Below are positions 9,335-19,600 of a DNA stretch of 64,000 nt, one piece after another. A program made the translations under genes and the position numbers. The notes beneath the pieces were generated by a model. The model had not been told where the DNA came from, did no database searches, and was given only the letters and a program-made list of their open reading frames with translations. Source of the stretch: an uncultured Bacillota bacterium (GTDB lineage: Bacteria; Bacillota; DTU025; MWDF01); contig CAWGMK010000004.1 in NCBI GenBank assembly GCA_963823655.1, positions 32,001-96,000 on the forward strand. The letters are read 5' to 3'. The stretch's first letter is position 1; every line of letters starts with the position of its first letter.

Positions 9335-9946
9335 TCATTTTCCTCCGGCAATTCTTAAAATCCTGTTTGCCCACATATCCATCTCTGCAGGGTCCCCCCT
9401 GGATATTACATTAACGTCCGCCAGCCTGCTCATCCTGTAGTCGCCGAGCTTGGCCTTCTGGGCCTTTATCCTCGAAAGGGCCTTTTCGGGTTCGATGCCG
9501 TCCCTTTTGGCGATCCTTTCGGCCGATGCCATCTCATCGCAAAATACTGCCACTACAAGGTCACAGAACTCATCCAATCCGGATTCGTACAGCACAGCCG
9601 CGTCGATCACTGCATAGTCCGGACGGCTTTTTGATCTCTCCAGATCCAGGATCATCTGCCTGATCTTCTCCCTGAATGCCGGGTGGACTATGCTGTTCAA
9701 CAGAGCAAGTGACCTGCTATTCGAGAAAACAAGGCTTCCAAGCTTGCCTCTGTCAAGGCTGCCATCGGCATTGAAGTAGGCATCTCCAAAGGCGTCATGC
9801 ACCGATTTCAGCAAAGGACTTCCAGGTTCCATGATACTTGCTGCTATGCTGTCACCGTCAAGAACCGCGGCTCCTTTATTCGCAAGGGCGGCCGATAGTG
9901 TTGACTTGCCAGATCCGCTCCTGCCTGTTATCCCGATTACTTTCAT
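9335..9946 (-). CDS. coaE: Dephospho-CoA kinase
   Basis: GITGRSGSGKST, LDRGKLGSLVF, LNSIVHP. Conserved coaE-slt order. Confidence 0.92.
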   Translation of the reverse strand: MKVIGITGRSGSGKSTLSAALANKGAAVLDGDSIAASIMEPGSPLLKSVHDAFGDAYFNADGSLDRGKLGSLVFSNSRSLALLNSIVHPAFREKIRQMILDLERSKSRPDYAVIDAAVLYESGLDEFCDLVVAVFCDEMASAERIAKRDGIEPEKALSRIKAQKAKLGDYRMSRLADVNVISRGDPAEMDMWANRILRIAGGK

Positions 9947-10046
9947 GCGAAGCTTCCTTTCGCGCTGAAGTAAATATCATTCTTCCACAGCAGCCCGCCA
10001 TTTGCAAGCGAAGCGCAAATCCGGCAGCTTGACATATGGGGAGCAT

Positions 10047-10080
10047 AAAAAGAAAGAGCCCCCCGAAGGAGGCCCTTTCA
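10047..10080 (-). terminator. Probable intrinsic terminator after the beta-barrel gene
   Basis: Imperfect hairpin GAAAGGGCC...GGCTCTTTC followed by TTTTT on the minus strand. Confidence 0.55.
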
Positions 10081-10095
10081 TATCAGGTTCTAGGA

Positions 10096-11902
10096 TTAGA
10101 ACTTGATTGTGAAGTTGGCACCGAAGGTATCCCAGTACATATCACCAACGGTATTGAAGTACGGGCCCCAAGGCTTCTTGTACTCAGCATGGCTGGACGA
10201 TACGCTGGCGAGACCGCTGTTGCCCCAGTATACTGTCGCTTTGGCATTGTCGCTTACCTTTATGTCGCCCTCTAGCTTGGCGTATACGGCGTGTACCGGT
10301 GTCGTTGATGAAGGTATAAGGCCTGTAGCGCGATAGGTGACCGTACCTTTAACAGTGACCATGTCAGACGCCTTGTACGTTGCATAAACGCTGGCTATCG
10401 GCTCGAATGAGAGAGCGGGTGTCGTTGCTACGTTCTTGGTGATGAACAACAGACCGGCGCTCCAGAGTCCGTTGATGGTGGAGTCGAGCTTCAACATGCC
10501 GATGGCTTCCATCGTATGTATCGGAGCGAATTCCTTCCATGTATAGCCGAAACGGCCGGCGACGAGGGTCGTGAGGTCCACGACGTACGGAACTGTCGTG
10601 TATTTGTTCTCATACTTGGCATAGATGCCGGCTGTTGCGGTGTTGGTGCCCTTCTGCTCGTAGGAGCCATAGGCTTCTACGTGGAGCGGGAACACTGCGT
10701 CATAGTATACGCTGCCGTATACCTTGTCATAACCGGTTCCGAAACCGTATGTGGCTACGCCGTCCCAGTTGGAGTTATAGCCGAGCTTGCCGCCCAGTGT
10801 TCCAATAAGGCCGACATACTTTGCCCTGAGCTCAGCGATTTCGCCATGGGCGAAACCGGACTGCCAGTTGATCTTGGAGTCGAGGTTGAGTCCGAGCTCT
10901 ACGGGTCCGATTGTCGCCGATACGTCGAGGTTGGCGTTGTTGCCGCCAAGAGCGTTAAATGACTCGAACCATACGCCGTTCTTGAAGATTAACTTTACGG
11001 GGCCAAGAACTGCGGTGGCGTTGGTTGTTACTTCCTGGAGGTCCCTGGTGTAGAAGGAAGGGGTGTCCTCGTCGAGGAGCGCGTCGGCGACGCCGTCCAT
11101 GCTCATCTTATAGGATACTTCGTCGATCGTTAAGACGGTGCCAAGCTTGATTTCCTTGACGCCTGCATAGGCTGCGAACGCCCATACATCGTCAGCGGCC
11201 CAGAACTGCATGCTGGGGATGAGAGAGTTGTCAAGGTCGGCGAAGTTGCCTACTGCAACCTGGAACTTGCCGCCGATTACGGGGATGGCGCCGGTCAATG
11301 AGGTCGACAGGCCCATGAAATACTGCATCGCTCTCATACAGCCAACCGAAGTCGGAGGTGAGGGTGAGGCCGAGAGGCAGGGCGGCTACGAGCTGAGCGG
11401 AGATCTTATAGTCGTCTCCTTCAGGAGCTGCGCTGGGAACTGGAACGAGGCTGTCGGATGTGTCATCCATTACGACCTGCGCTGCATAGCTGAGGTTCGG
11501 GGTGATGTTGCCCCACACCTTGCTGTACCTGTTGCCTTCGTTGTCACATCATCATAATTGAAGGTGCTGTCCAGGTTGAGGCTGAATGTGCTCTCAAGGC
11601 CGGTCCAGTACACATCATCGTTGTTGTCGCTGATCTCGAAGTTCAAGGGCGCGGTTGCGAACTTTACCCACCAGCCATCGGTTACGGCCAAGCCGCCCGA
11701 AAGGGTGAGGGGTGCATAAGCGGTCATGATCCCGGCCTCGTCGAAGTTGAAATTCAGCGAGAGGCTAAGGGAGTCGGCTACCGGTCTCATTGGCGTACGA
11801 ATAGCCGCCAGAGAAGGTGCCGGAGAGCTTGTAGTTGGCTGCTGCTGCCGGTATGGCGAGCATCATAAGGGCCACTACTGCAAATGCGAATATCTTCTTC
11901 AT
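10096..11902 (-). CDS. Secreted, putative outer-membrane beta-barrel/porin-like protein (~600 aa), split by three frameshifts
   Basis: Signal peptide MKKIFAFAVVALMMLAIPAAAA from ATG 11902 joins ORFs 11470-11790, 11231-11518 and 10096-11337. Alternating amphipathic strands rich in G/Y/F/W. Ends ...FGANFTIKF. Confidence 0.65.
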
Positions 11903-12369
11903 TTTGTATCCCCCTACTTATAATTTGTAATCGAGGATTACCGCCGCTAGTCTTGTGCTTCCAGGGGGATCGCCTCAAGAGTTTCCAAGTTGCCTCCCAA
12001 GGGCTCTTCCCTCCATATGCACTTATTTTCACGGCGTTGCCATACAGCGCACATTGTGCGACCCTACAGCCTGGGCCCGACCCGGAAACATGCGGGGGAG
12101 CACCTCCTTTCTCGCTTCCAAACCGGCTGAAATACATATAACCGCTTTAGCTGTGCTTAAGCGGATCTATGCGAGGTTCTGCAAGTCACATTCTACACGA
12201 AATGGCTATATTCCTGCAAGTTATCGAAAATTATTTTAGAATCATTCATTTTTTCGAATATATTCTTAAAAAATCGATATATGCAAATTCATGCCTTCCG
12301 CAGAATTAATATAATTAAAGCACCTAGCTCCCCGCAATGCAATATGAAAAGGAGCCTCCTTGCTTTCCA

Positions 12370-15072
12370 CTATTTGGCTTCTTTCCAGTTAGGGCCCATT
12401 CCGGCATCGGCAACTAGCGGTACTTCGAGGCTCACTGCGCCTTCCATTATCCTTTTTACCGTGTCAGCGGCCGCCTGCGCCTCTCCAATCGGCGATTCAA
12501 GGACCAGCTCGTCGTGTACCTGCAATATCAGCCTCGTTTTCCAGGACCCGGACATGAGCTCTTCCAGCAGCCTTATCATCGCTACTTTTATTACGTCGGC
12601 CGCGCTTCCTTGTATGGGAGCGTTCATAACTATGCGCTCCCCGAACTTCCTGGTATTGAAGTTGGCGTTATAGAGCTCCGGCACTGCGCGCCTCCTGCCC
12701 ATTATTGTAGAGACATACCCGAGCTTCCTCGCCTGCTCTATCGTGCGGGCGAAATAGTCCTTCACGCTTACATACCGTTTGAAATATTTATCGATGAACT
12801 CCTTTGCCTCAGCCTGCCCTATGCCGAGCGTGCGGGATAGCCCGAACTCCGACTGCCCGTAGATGATGCCGAAGTTGACAGTTTTCGCCGCGGTGCGCAT
12901 CCTCCTGTCAACCTGGTCCAAAGGCACCCCGAAGACTTCAGACGCCGTCCTCGTGTGCACGTCCTGTCCCAGCCTGAAGGATTCTACCAGCAGCGGATCG
13001 CCGCTTAAGTGGGCTAGTATCCTCAGCTCTATTTGCGAATAGTCCGCGCTTACTATGAGATTTCCCTCCGACGCCTTGAAGGCGGCCCTAATCTCGAGCC
13101 CCTCCTCGCTTTTAATCGGAATGTTCTGCATGTTGGGATCGGAGGACGAGAGCCTGCCGGTTACCGCTCCGGTCTGGTTGAACAGCGTATGTATCCTGCC
13201 TCCCTGCTTTGCCGCAAGGTCGGGCAGTACATCCACATAAGTGGACTTCAGCTTCGAAGTCCCTCTGTACTCAAGTATCAGGCCGATTATCGGATTGAAG
13301 GGCATAAGCCCCTCAAGCACGTCCGCGTCTGTGGAATAGCCCGTCTTCGTCTTCCTTGAGGAAGGCAAGCCCAGCTTATCAAAAAGCACCGTGCCCAGCT
13401 GTTTGGGTGATCCAATATTGAAATCGCCCCCGGCAAGGGCGTATATATCGGTCTCCAGCCGCTTCAGCCGGCCACCCATATCCTCCGAGATCTCGCGCAG
13501 CCTTTCGATATCTACATTTACGCCTGCGATCTCCATTGCGGACAGCACTTCTACAAGCGGCATCTCCACTTCATTGAAGAGCTTGGCTGTGCCCAGCGTT
13601 TCCAGCTCCTCCCCCATTACGCTCTCAAGCTTGTCCATCATCGCAGCTACGGCAAGCTTTGGCCCATGCGCTGGGCCGCCCTCCAGCACTGAGGGGGTTA
13701 TGCCGAAATACTTGAATAGAAGGTCTGTCGGGGCGTCGGTCCTGCCCAGCGGGTTAATCAGGAAGCTTGCCAGCATCGGGTCGAAGTGCATGCCCTTGAG
13801 CTCAGAGCCGTACCTGCTTAATATGGTCCTGGACGATTTGATGTCCCAGCCCGACTTTAGTACCTTGGCGTCCGTAATGGCCCCGGACAGCTTCTCGAGC
13901 ACATCTGTTAGCGCAAGCCCCGCGCCTCCTATAAGTGAGCCCTCCACATCTATGGCAATATCGTATGCTCTGCCTTCAAGGCCCAGAATCAGCCTTCTAG
14001 GAACGGAGCCCCAGCCCTTCCCCTCATAGACGAAGTCGAGAGACATGCGCCCCTTTCCCTTGGCTTCCTCCACGAACTGGCCCAAGCTGCCCAGGTCCGC
14101 GACCTCCACCACCTCATAAGAGGAGGGCTGGGACGCCAATGGCTTCATGAAAGCCTGGGCGGGCATGGAGCCGAAAAGCTCCGTCTGGGGCTTCTGCTTC
14201 TTGGGCGGCTTCTTCTCCATCTTGGAAAGGAGGTTTTTGAATCCTTTGCTCGCAAGGAAGTCCTTAAGGGCGCTTTCATCCACGACCGGCGATGCCGCCT
14301 CCGGGTCGAAGGAAATCGGCGCATCTACGTCTATGATGGCCAGCTTCTTGCTCAGAAGGGCCATCTGCGTGCCTTCCTTTAGAAGGGTTGTCGTCCTGTC
14401 CTGCTTCATCCCCTCAAGGTTCTTTAGTATGTCTTCGAGGCTGCCATACTCATTTATAAGCCTGACTGCGGTCTTCTCCCCTATGCCCTTGACTCCGGGT
14501 ATGTTGTCCGAAGTATCCCCGACAAGCCCTTTCAGGTCCGGCACTAATTCGGGGGCCACTCCGCAGGCTGCCAGCACTTCATCAGGCCCCATGAGATCGA
14601 ATTCGGACAGCCCCTTCTTGTTCATCATAAGCTTGATCCTGTCCGAGGCCAGCTGGTAGGAATCCCTGTCGCTGGTGACAATGGTTACATCGAACCCCTT
14701 GCCCTCCAGCCTTCTTGCCATTGTTCCCAGAAGGTCGTCCGCCTCGTACCCGACAAGCTCGACCACCTCCACCCCGAAAGCTTCGCACGCCTGCTTGATT
14801 ACGGGTATCTGGTCCCTGAGGTCCTGGTCCATGGGCTTTCTTGTGGCTTTGTAGTCTGCAAAGTCGGCATGCCTGAACACCGGCCCCGGGGAATCAAAGG
14901 CGCACACGACGCGCTCAGATTCTTCCTGCTCCATTATTTTGACGAGCATGTTGCAGAAACCCAGCACGGCGTTAGTCGGCTTTCCTGAAGGGTCGGTGAG
15001 AGTCGGGGGAAGCGCATGGTAGGCCCTATGGGCAAGGCTGTGGCCGTCTAAAAGAATAGTCCTGCCGGACAT
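12370..15072 (-). CDS. polA: DNA polymerase I
   Basis: 5'-3' exonuclease motifs (LLDGHSLAHRAYHA, EADD, DNIPGV) and polymerase motifs A (DYSQIELR), B (KTVNFGIIYG) and C (QVHDEL). Confidence 0.97.
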   Translation of the reverse strand: MSGRTILLDGHSLAHRAYHALPPTLTDPSGKPTNAVLGFCNMLVKIMEQEESERVVCAFDSPGPVFRHADFADYKATRKPMDQDLRDQIPVIKQACEAFGVEVVELVGYEADDLLGTMARRLEGKGFDVTIVTSDRDSYQLASDRIKLMMNKKGLSEFDLMGPDEVLAACGVAPELVPDLKGLVGDTSDNIPGVKGIGEKTAVRLINEYGSLEDILKNLEGMKQDRTTTLLKEGTQMALLSKKLAIIDVDAPISFDPEAASPVVDESALKDFLASKGFKNLLSKMEKKPPKKQKPQTELFGSMPAQAFMKPLASQPSSYEVVEVADLGSLGQFVEEAKGKGRMSLDFVYEGKGWGSVPRRLILGLEGRAYDIAIDVEGSLIGGAGLALTDVLEKLSGAITDAKVLKSGWDIKSSRTILSRYGSELKGMHFDPMLASFLINPLGRTDAPTDLLFKYFGITPSVLEGGPAHGPKLAVAAMMDKLESVMGEELETLGTAKLFNEVEMPLVEVLSAMEIAGVNVDIERLREISEDMGGRLKRLETDIYALAGGDFNIGSPKQLGTVLFDKLGLPSSRKTKTGYSTDADVLEGLMPFNPIIGLILEYRGTSKLKSTYVDVLPDLAAKQGGRIHTLFNQTGAVTGRLSSSDPNMQNIPIKSEEGLEIRAAFKASEGNLIVSADYSQIELRILAHLSGDPLLVESFRLGQDVHTRTASEVFGVPLDQVDRRMRTAAKTVNFGIIYGQSEFGLSRTLGIGQAEAKEFIDKYFKRYVSVKDYFARTIEQARKLGYVSTIMGRRRAVPELYNANFNTRKFGERIVMNAPIQGSAADVIKVAMIRLLEELMSGSWKTRLILQVHDELVLESPIGEAQAAADTVKRIMEGAVSLEVPLVADAGMGPNWKEAK

Positions 15073-15226
15073 AAAATCACCACCCGAAGGTATTTTTTCG
15101 AAAGTATCCTCCAACGGGAACAGGAATATGTGTTTTTGGAGTCATATATAATAGTAGTAACAATTTTTTGTACTAATTAAGGATAACATAAAGCAAATTC
15201 GATGAAGAAAGACAGGAGATACCAAT

Positions 15227-16618
15227 ATGAAGAAGTATACAAGCCTAATTGCAATGGTAACGCTCGTTGCATTGCTGGCGATCGGCGGATCTGCGGCAGC
15301 TGCAGTAAAGGAGCAGCTGAACCTGACGGTATATAATTCGAACCTCGCGCTTGTGAACATGGTAAGGCAGATGGAGATTCCTTTGGGAAACGGGGAGATC
15401 CTCTTCCCTCACATTCCGTCGAGCATAATTGCCAATACCGTTACATTCGAATCGCTCTCCTTCCCCTCCAAGGTTTGGGTAAGGGAGCAGAATTACGAGT
15501 TCGACCTGGTGAGCGAGTACAAGCTGCTTCAAAAGTTCGTTGACCAGAAGATCACGGTGGTAACAAAAGCCTCCATAGTCTACACCGGATACCTTATGAG
15601 CAGCGGCAACAACCCGGTCATCCTTTCCGAGCTTGAGGGCGGCAAGGGCGAGATATACTCAGTACAGCTTGGCGATATACAGTCCATAAGATACCCCAGC
15701 TTGCCTGAGGGCCTCATCACGCGCCCGACCCTTCGCTGGCTGACTACCAATAACACGCTGTTCAAAAACCAGCAGGTCAGGGTCAGCTTCCTTACAGAGG
15801 GGCTTTCCTGGAGCGCTGATTACGTAGCCTTATTGTCCGATGACGATAAGACCATGAACCTTACAGGTTGGGTAACCCTTACCAACTCCAGCGGCACGAC
15901 CTATGAGAACGCAAACCTGAAGCTCGTGGCGGGAGATGTTAACAGGGTAGATACGAGGGCCGATTACGAAATGATGGCCAAGGTGTCGGCGATGCCTTCA
16001 CCAACACAGGCGTCCTTCGAAGAGCGCGGCCTTTTCGAATACCACCTGTACGACCTGCAGTTCCCCACGACGGTGAAGAACAACCAGACCAAGCAGATAG
16101 GCTTCATGGGGGCTACTTCCGTGCCGGTAACCAAGTACTACACTTACTTCGGAAGGTACGGCTCCACGGATGTGTCTACAATAATTAGCTTCAAGAACGA
16201 CGCCAAGTCCGGATTGGGCATCCCCTTACCTGCAGGCATCATTAGGGTGAATAAGCTCGATGTCGACGGCACGCAGCAGTTCATCGGCGAAGACAGCATA
16301 GAGCACACGCCCAAGGACGAGGAAGTCTCTTTGTTCCTGGGCAACGCCTTCGACATCAAAGGCAGCTGGAAACAGGATTCTTTCAAGGATGTCTCCAAGT
16401 ACATCAGGGAAGAAACATACTCCATAGAGATCAGGAACCACAAGGACGAGCCTGTAACCGTCAAGGTGCAGGAGGAGCTCTCCTACTGGTCGCAGTGGAG
16501 CATAATCTCCAACTCGCAGCCCTATACACAGCTGGATTCGACCACGATACAGTTTGAGCCCAAAGTACCTGCTAACGGAACCGTTGTCATAACATACACG
16601 GTGCGTTATACCAAGTAG
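15227..16618 (+). CDS. Secreted DUF4139-domain protein
   Basis: Signal peptide, LTVYNSNLALV, EQNYEFDL, GLSWSADY, LKLVAGDVNRV, EYHLY, FIGEDSIEHTPKDE. Confidence 0.8.
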   Translation: MKKYTSLIAMVTLVALLAIGGSAAAAVKEQLNLTVYNSNLALVNMVRQMEIPLGNGEILFPHIPSSIIANTVTFESLSFPSKVWVREQNYEFDLVSEYKLLQKFVDQKITVVTKASIVYTGYLMSSGNNPVILSELEGGKGEIYSVQLGDIQSIRYPSLPEGLITRPTLRWLTTNNTLFKNQQVRVSFLTEGLSWSADYVALLSDDDKTMNLTGWVTLTNSSGTTYENANLKLVAGDVNRVDTRADYEMMAKVSAMPSPTQASFEERGLFEYHLYDLQFPTTVKNNQTKQIGFMGATSVPVTKYYTYFGRYGSTDVSTIISFKNDAKSGLGIPLPAGIIRVNKLDVDGTQQFIGEDSIEHTPKDEEVSLFLGNAFDIKGSWKQDSFKDVSKYIREETYSIEIRNHKDEPVTVKVQEELSYWSQWSIISNSQPYTQLDSTTIQFEPKVPANGTVVITYTVRYTK

Positions 16619-16688
16619 ATATATTCTTGCTAGAACAAGTAGATATGCTCATTTCAAGTCTTTAAAGTAGCGAAGATTCAGTTTATTA

Positions 16689-16726
16689 TAGAACCGGACA
16701 CATTTTAAGCAATGTGTCCGGTTCTA
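16689..16726. terminator. Perfect 16-bp inverted repeat (terminator or stabilising hairpin)
   Basis: TAGAACCGGACACATT-N6-AATGTGTCCGGTTCTA between the DUF4139 gene and nrdJ. Only a weak T tract follows. Confidence 0.5.
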
Positions 16727-16874
16727 GATTTTCCCAGCATAATATGCATATTCCATGCCAATCGCAGGTAAACATATTCATAATATCGAATATGGCGGGC
16801 CAAAGGGGCCGCAGTTCAATAATCAACCCAAAGCGAACCTGCTGCTTTGTCTTCACTATAGGAGGGGTTTTCAG

Positions 16875-19502
16875 ATGATGGCCATACCTAAGGACCTGAT
16901 GGAAAGAAAAATGAACCTTACCCCGGATGCATTGACCATACTTGAAAGCAGGTACCTCCTTAGGGACAAGGAAGGCAAGATAATCGAAACACCTGAGCAA
17001 ATGTGCGCCAGGGTCGCATCAGAGGCGGCCAAGGCCGGCGCTGAATATGAGAGTTCAAGGGGAAGCTACCAGGAGAGGTTCGACCTCTTCTACTGGATGT
17101 TAATCGAGGGGCTATTCTCCCCCAACTCGCCCACCTGGATGAACGCAGGCACGGCAAATCCTCAGAACGCGGCATGTTTCGTCCTGCCGGTGGAAGATTC
17201 CCTGGACAAGATATTCGATGCCGTCAAGAACGCGGCTCTCATTCACCAAAGCGGAGGCGGCACCGGCTTCGACTTCTCATCCCTCAGGCCGTCCGGCGAC
17301 GTCGTACGCTCCACTGGAGGCGTGGCGTCTGGCCCGGTCTCTTTCATGGCGGTCTTCAACTCCGCCACTGAGACGATCAAGCAGGGCGGGAAGCGCCGCG
17401 GGGCCAATATCGGCATACTCAGGGTAGACCACCCTGACATAGAGCGCTTCATCACATGCAAAGAGGATAACAACACCCTCACGAACTTCAATATCTCAGT
17501 GGCGCTGACCGACGCCTTCATGAAGGCTGTGGAAAGCGGCACCGAGTACGAGATATTCAACCCAAGAGGCGGCAACCCCGTAGCCCGCAAGGACGCCCGC
17601 TCCATTTTCCGCATGCTCGTAGAGCACGCCTGGAAGAACGGAGAGCCCGGCATCGTGTTCCTGGACAGGATCAACCGCGACAACCCTACACCGAACCTCG
17701 GGAAGATCTCCGCCACCAATCCGTGCGGCGAGCAGCCCCTCCTGCCCTATGAGGCCTGCAACCTGGGAAGCGTCAACCTCCAGAAGATGCTCTCAAGCAA
17801 ACCTTCCCTCCTTGATGCGCTCAACAAGGAGTATCTGCCCTCGGAGCTCGTGGCCGAATGCAAAAAGGAACTGGCAACAGAGCTTCCCAAAGTGGATTGG
17901 CCCCTTCTTTCCGATGTGGTCAAAGCCTCCGTCGATTTCCTCGATTCAATAATCGACGTAAGCGAATATCCTATTAAAGAGATCGATGAGAGGGTGCGCA
18001 CTACAAGGAAAGTCGGGCTCGGGATGATGGGCTTCGCTGATCTACTGATCATGCTGGGCCTCCCATACGGTTCCAGAAAGAGCGAGCTGCTCGCCGAGCT
18101 CATATCGCGCTTCATCACGGGTGAGGCAAGGCAGGAGTCGGCGAAGCTAGGAGCCGAGCGCGGTCCCTTCCCCGCCTTCGTGGGCAGCGTCTTCGACAAG
18201 CCGGGCAGCCCCAAGATGAGAAATGCGACCGTTACGACCATCGCCCCTACCGGCACTATAAGCATGATCGCAAACGCCTCCTCCGGATGCGAACCCCTTT
18301 TCGGCGTCGCATTTACGAAGCAGAACGTTTTGGGCGGAATGCAACTTACCCAGACCAACCCCATATTCTTTGAGGACCTTAAAAGGCGCGGGCTGCAAAG
18401 CGACGAGCTGACGGCGAAAGTCGCAGCCAACGGTGGCTCCGTCCGGGGCATCAAGGAAATTCCGGCCGACATGCAGGAGCTTTACATGACCGCGATGGAG
18501 ATCCCATGGGAATGGCATGTACGACTTCAGGCGGCGGTTCAAAAGGGCACTGAAAACGCCGTATCGAAGACCATAAACCTGATGAACGACGCAACTATGG
18601 ATGATGTCGGGGAAGCTTACATGCTCGCCTTCAGGCTTGGCTGCAAGGGCATGACAGTATACAGAAGCGGAAGCCGGGAGATAGAGGTTATCTCTTCGAA
18701 GACGGCAAAGCCCGCAGCAAAGGCCGCCTGTGAGGATGAGGATGAGGCTGACAGGAAGCCCTACACCGTCTCCACAGCGCTCTGGGGCATGGTAAAACCC
18801 ATAGAAAGGCCCGAGGAGCTGGCGGGAGTGACCAGGCGCGTAGCGACGCCGTCCGGCACCTTGTGGGCTACCTTGAACATGTACGAGGACAGGCCCTTTG
18901 AGATCTTCTGCCAGATAAGCAGGGCGGGAACCGACATATACGCCTTCACCGAATCAATTGCGCGCCTGATATCGCTATGCCTTAGGGCCGGAGTCGACCC
19001 TTCTGAGATAGTTAAACAGCTAAGAGGCATCGGAGGAAGCGGCCATACGGGGTTCGGCCCCAACAAGGTCTTGTCCGTTCCGGACGCCATAGGACGTATG
19101 CTCGAGCAGGTAATCGGAAAGCGTTTCGTATATCCTCAGGGGATGGAGACCAACACCCCCCTCGCCCTAATGGAAGCGGGCCTTTTGTCCCCTGAGCAGG
19201 AACATAAGGCCGAGGAGCCGCATGACTACCCGTCAGGGACCCCTCCTACCGGCGCCCACTCCGACAACGGCGCCTCACACGAGCCTCTCGCCCAGGCTTC
19301 ATTCGACTTCCCGAACGCAAACGGCGAGGGCCTGGACAGCGATGAGCCCGACTGCAGCGAAGAGGACGATTGTCCGGAAGGCTGCGAGTGCAGCGCAAAA
19401 CCCGCTCCCAGGATGGACCTTTGCCCCCACTGCGGCAACAACTCGCTTGTCTACGAGTCAGGGTGCGAAACCTGTATAGTCTGCGGTTACAGCCGCTGCT
19501 GA
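16875..19502 (+). CDS. nrdJ: Adenosylcobalamin-dependent (class II) ribonucleotide reductase with fused C-terminal domain and Zn ribbon
   Basis: PNSPTWMNAG, ACFVL, GGGTG, TNPCGEQ, EACNLGS, TIAPTGTIS, VSKTIN, TVYRSGSR. Ends CPHCG...ESGCETCIVCGYSRC. Confidence 0.95.
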   Translation: MMAIPKDLMERKMNLTPDALTILESRYLLRDKEGKIIETPEQMCARVASEAAKAGAEYESSRGSYQERFDLFYWMLIEGLFSPNSPTWMNAGTANPQNAACFVLPVEDSLDKIFDAVKNAALIHQSGGGTGFDFSSLRPSGDVVRSTGGVASGPVSFMAVFNSATETIKQGGKRRGANIGILRVDHPDIERFITCKEDNNTLTNFNISVALTDAFMKAVESGTEYEIFNPRGGNPVARKDARSIFRMLVEHAWKNGEPGIVFLDRINRDNPTPNLGKISATNPCGEQPLLPYEACNLGSVNLQKMLSSKPSLLDALNKEYLPSELVAECKKELATELPKVDWPLLSDVVKASVDFLDSIIDVSEYPIKEIDERVRTTRKVGLGMMGFADLLIMLGLPYGSRKSELLAELISRFITGEARQESAKLGAERGPFPAFVGSVFDKPGSPKMRNATVTTIAPTGTISMIANASSGCEPLFGVAFTKQNVLGGMQLTQTNPIFFEDLKRRGLQSDELTAKVAANGGSVRGIKEIPADMQELYMTAMEIPWEWHVRLQAAVQKGTENAVSKTINLMNDATMDDVGEAYMLAFRLGCKGMTVYRSGSREIEVISSKTAKPAAKAACEDEDEADRKPYTVSTALWGMVKPIERPEELAGVTRRVATPSGTLWATLNMYEDRPFEIFCQISRAGTDIYAFTESIARLISLCLRAGVDPSEIVKQLRGIGGSGHTGFGPNKVLSVPDAIGRMLEQVIGKRFVYPQGMETNTPLALMEAGLLSPEQEHKAEEPHDYPSGTPPTGAHSDNGASHEPLAQASFDFPNANGEGLDSDEPDCSEEDDCPEGCECSAKPAPRMDLCPHCGNNSLVYESGCETCIVCGYSRC

Positions 19503-19531
19503 TAATCCGAAGAACCGATAAATGTAAACAG

Positions 19532-19574
19532 AAAACGGGTGCATCTGCTTTGAGGGATGCACCCGTTCGTTCTT
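19532..19574. terminator. Likely bidirectional terminator between convergent nrdJ and ggt
   Basis: AACGGGTGCATC...GATGCACCCGTT with A- and T-rich flanks. Confidence 0.7.
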
Positions 19575-19600
19575 CTTAGATGCCCGGATTTGTAGCTAAG

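Noticed and set aside
16620-16870. NrdR boxes or cobalamin riboswitch upstream of nrdJ
   Set aside because: Only short AT-rich palindromes (e.g. CATATTC-N8-GAATATG) are present. I see no convincing paired NrdR boxes or B12 box.
16875-19502. Intein or intron in nrdJ
   Set aside because: The frame is continuous, the length is ordinary, and there are no C1...HN-C/S/T splice motifs or LAGLIDADG blocks.
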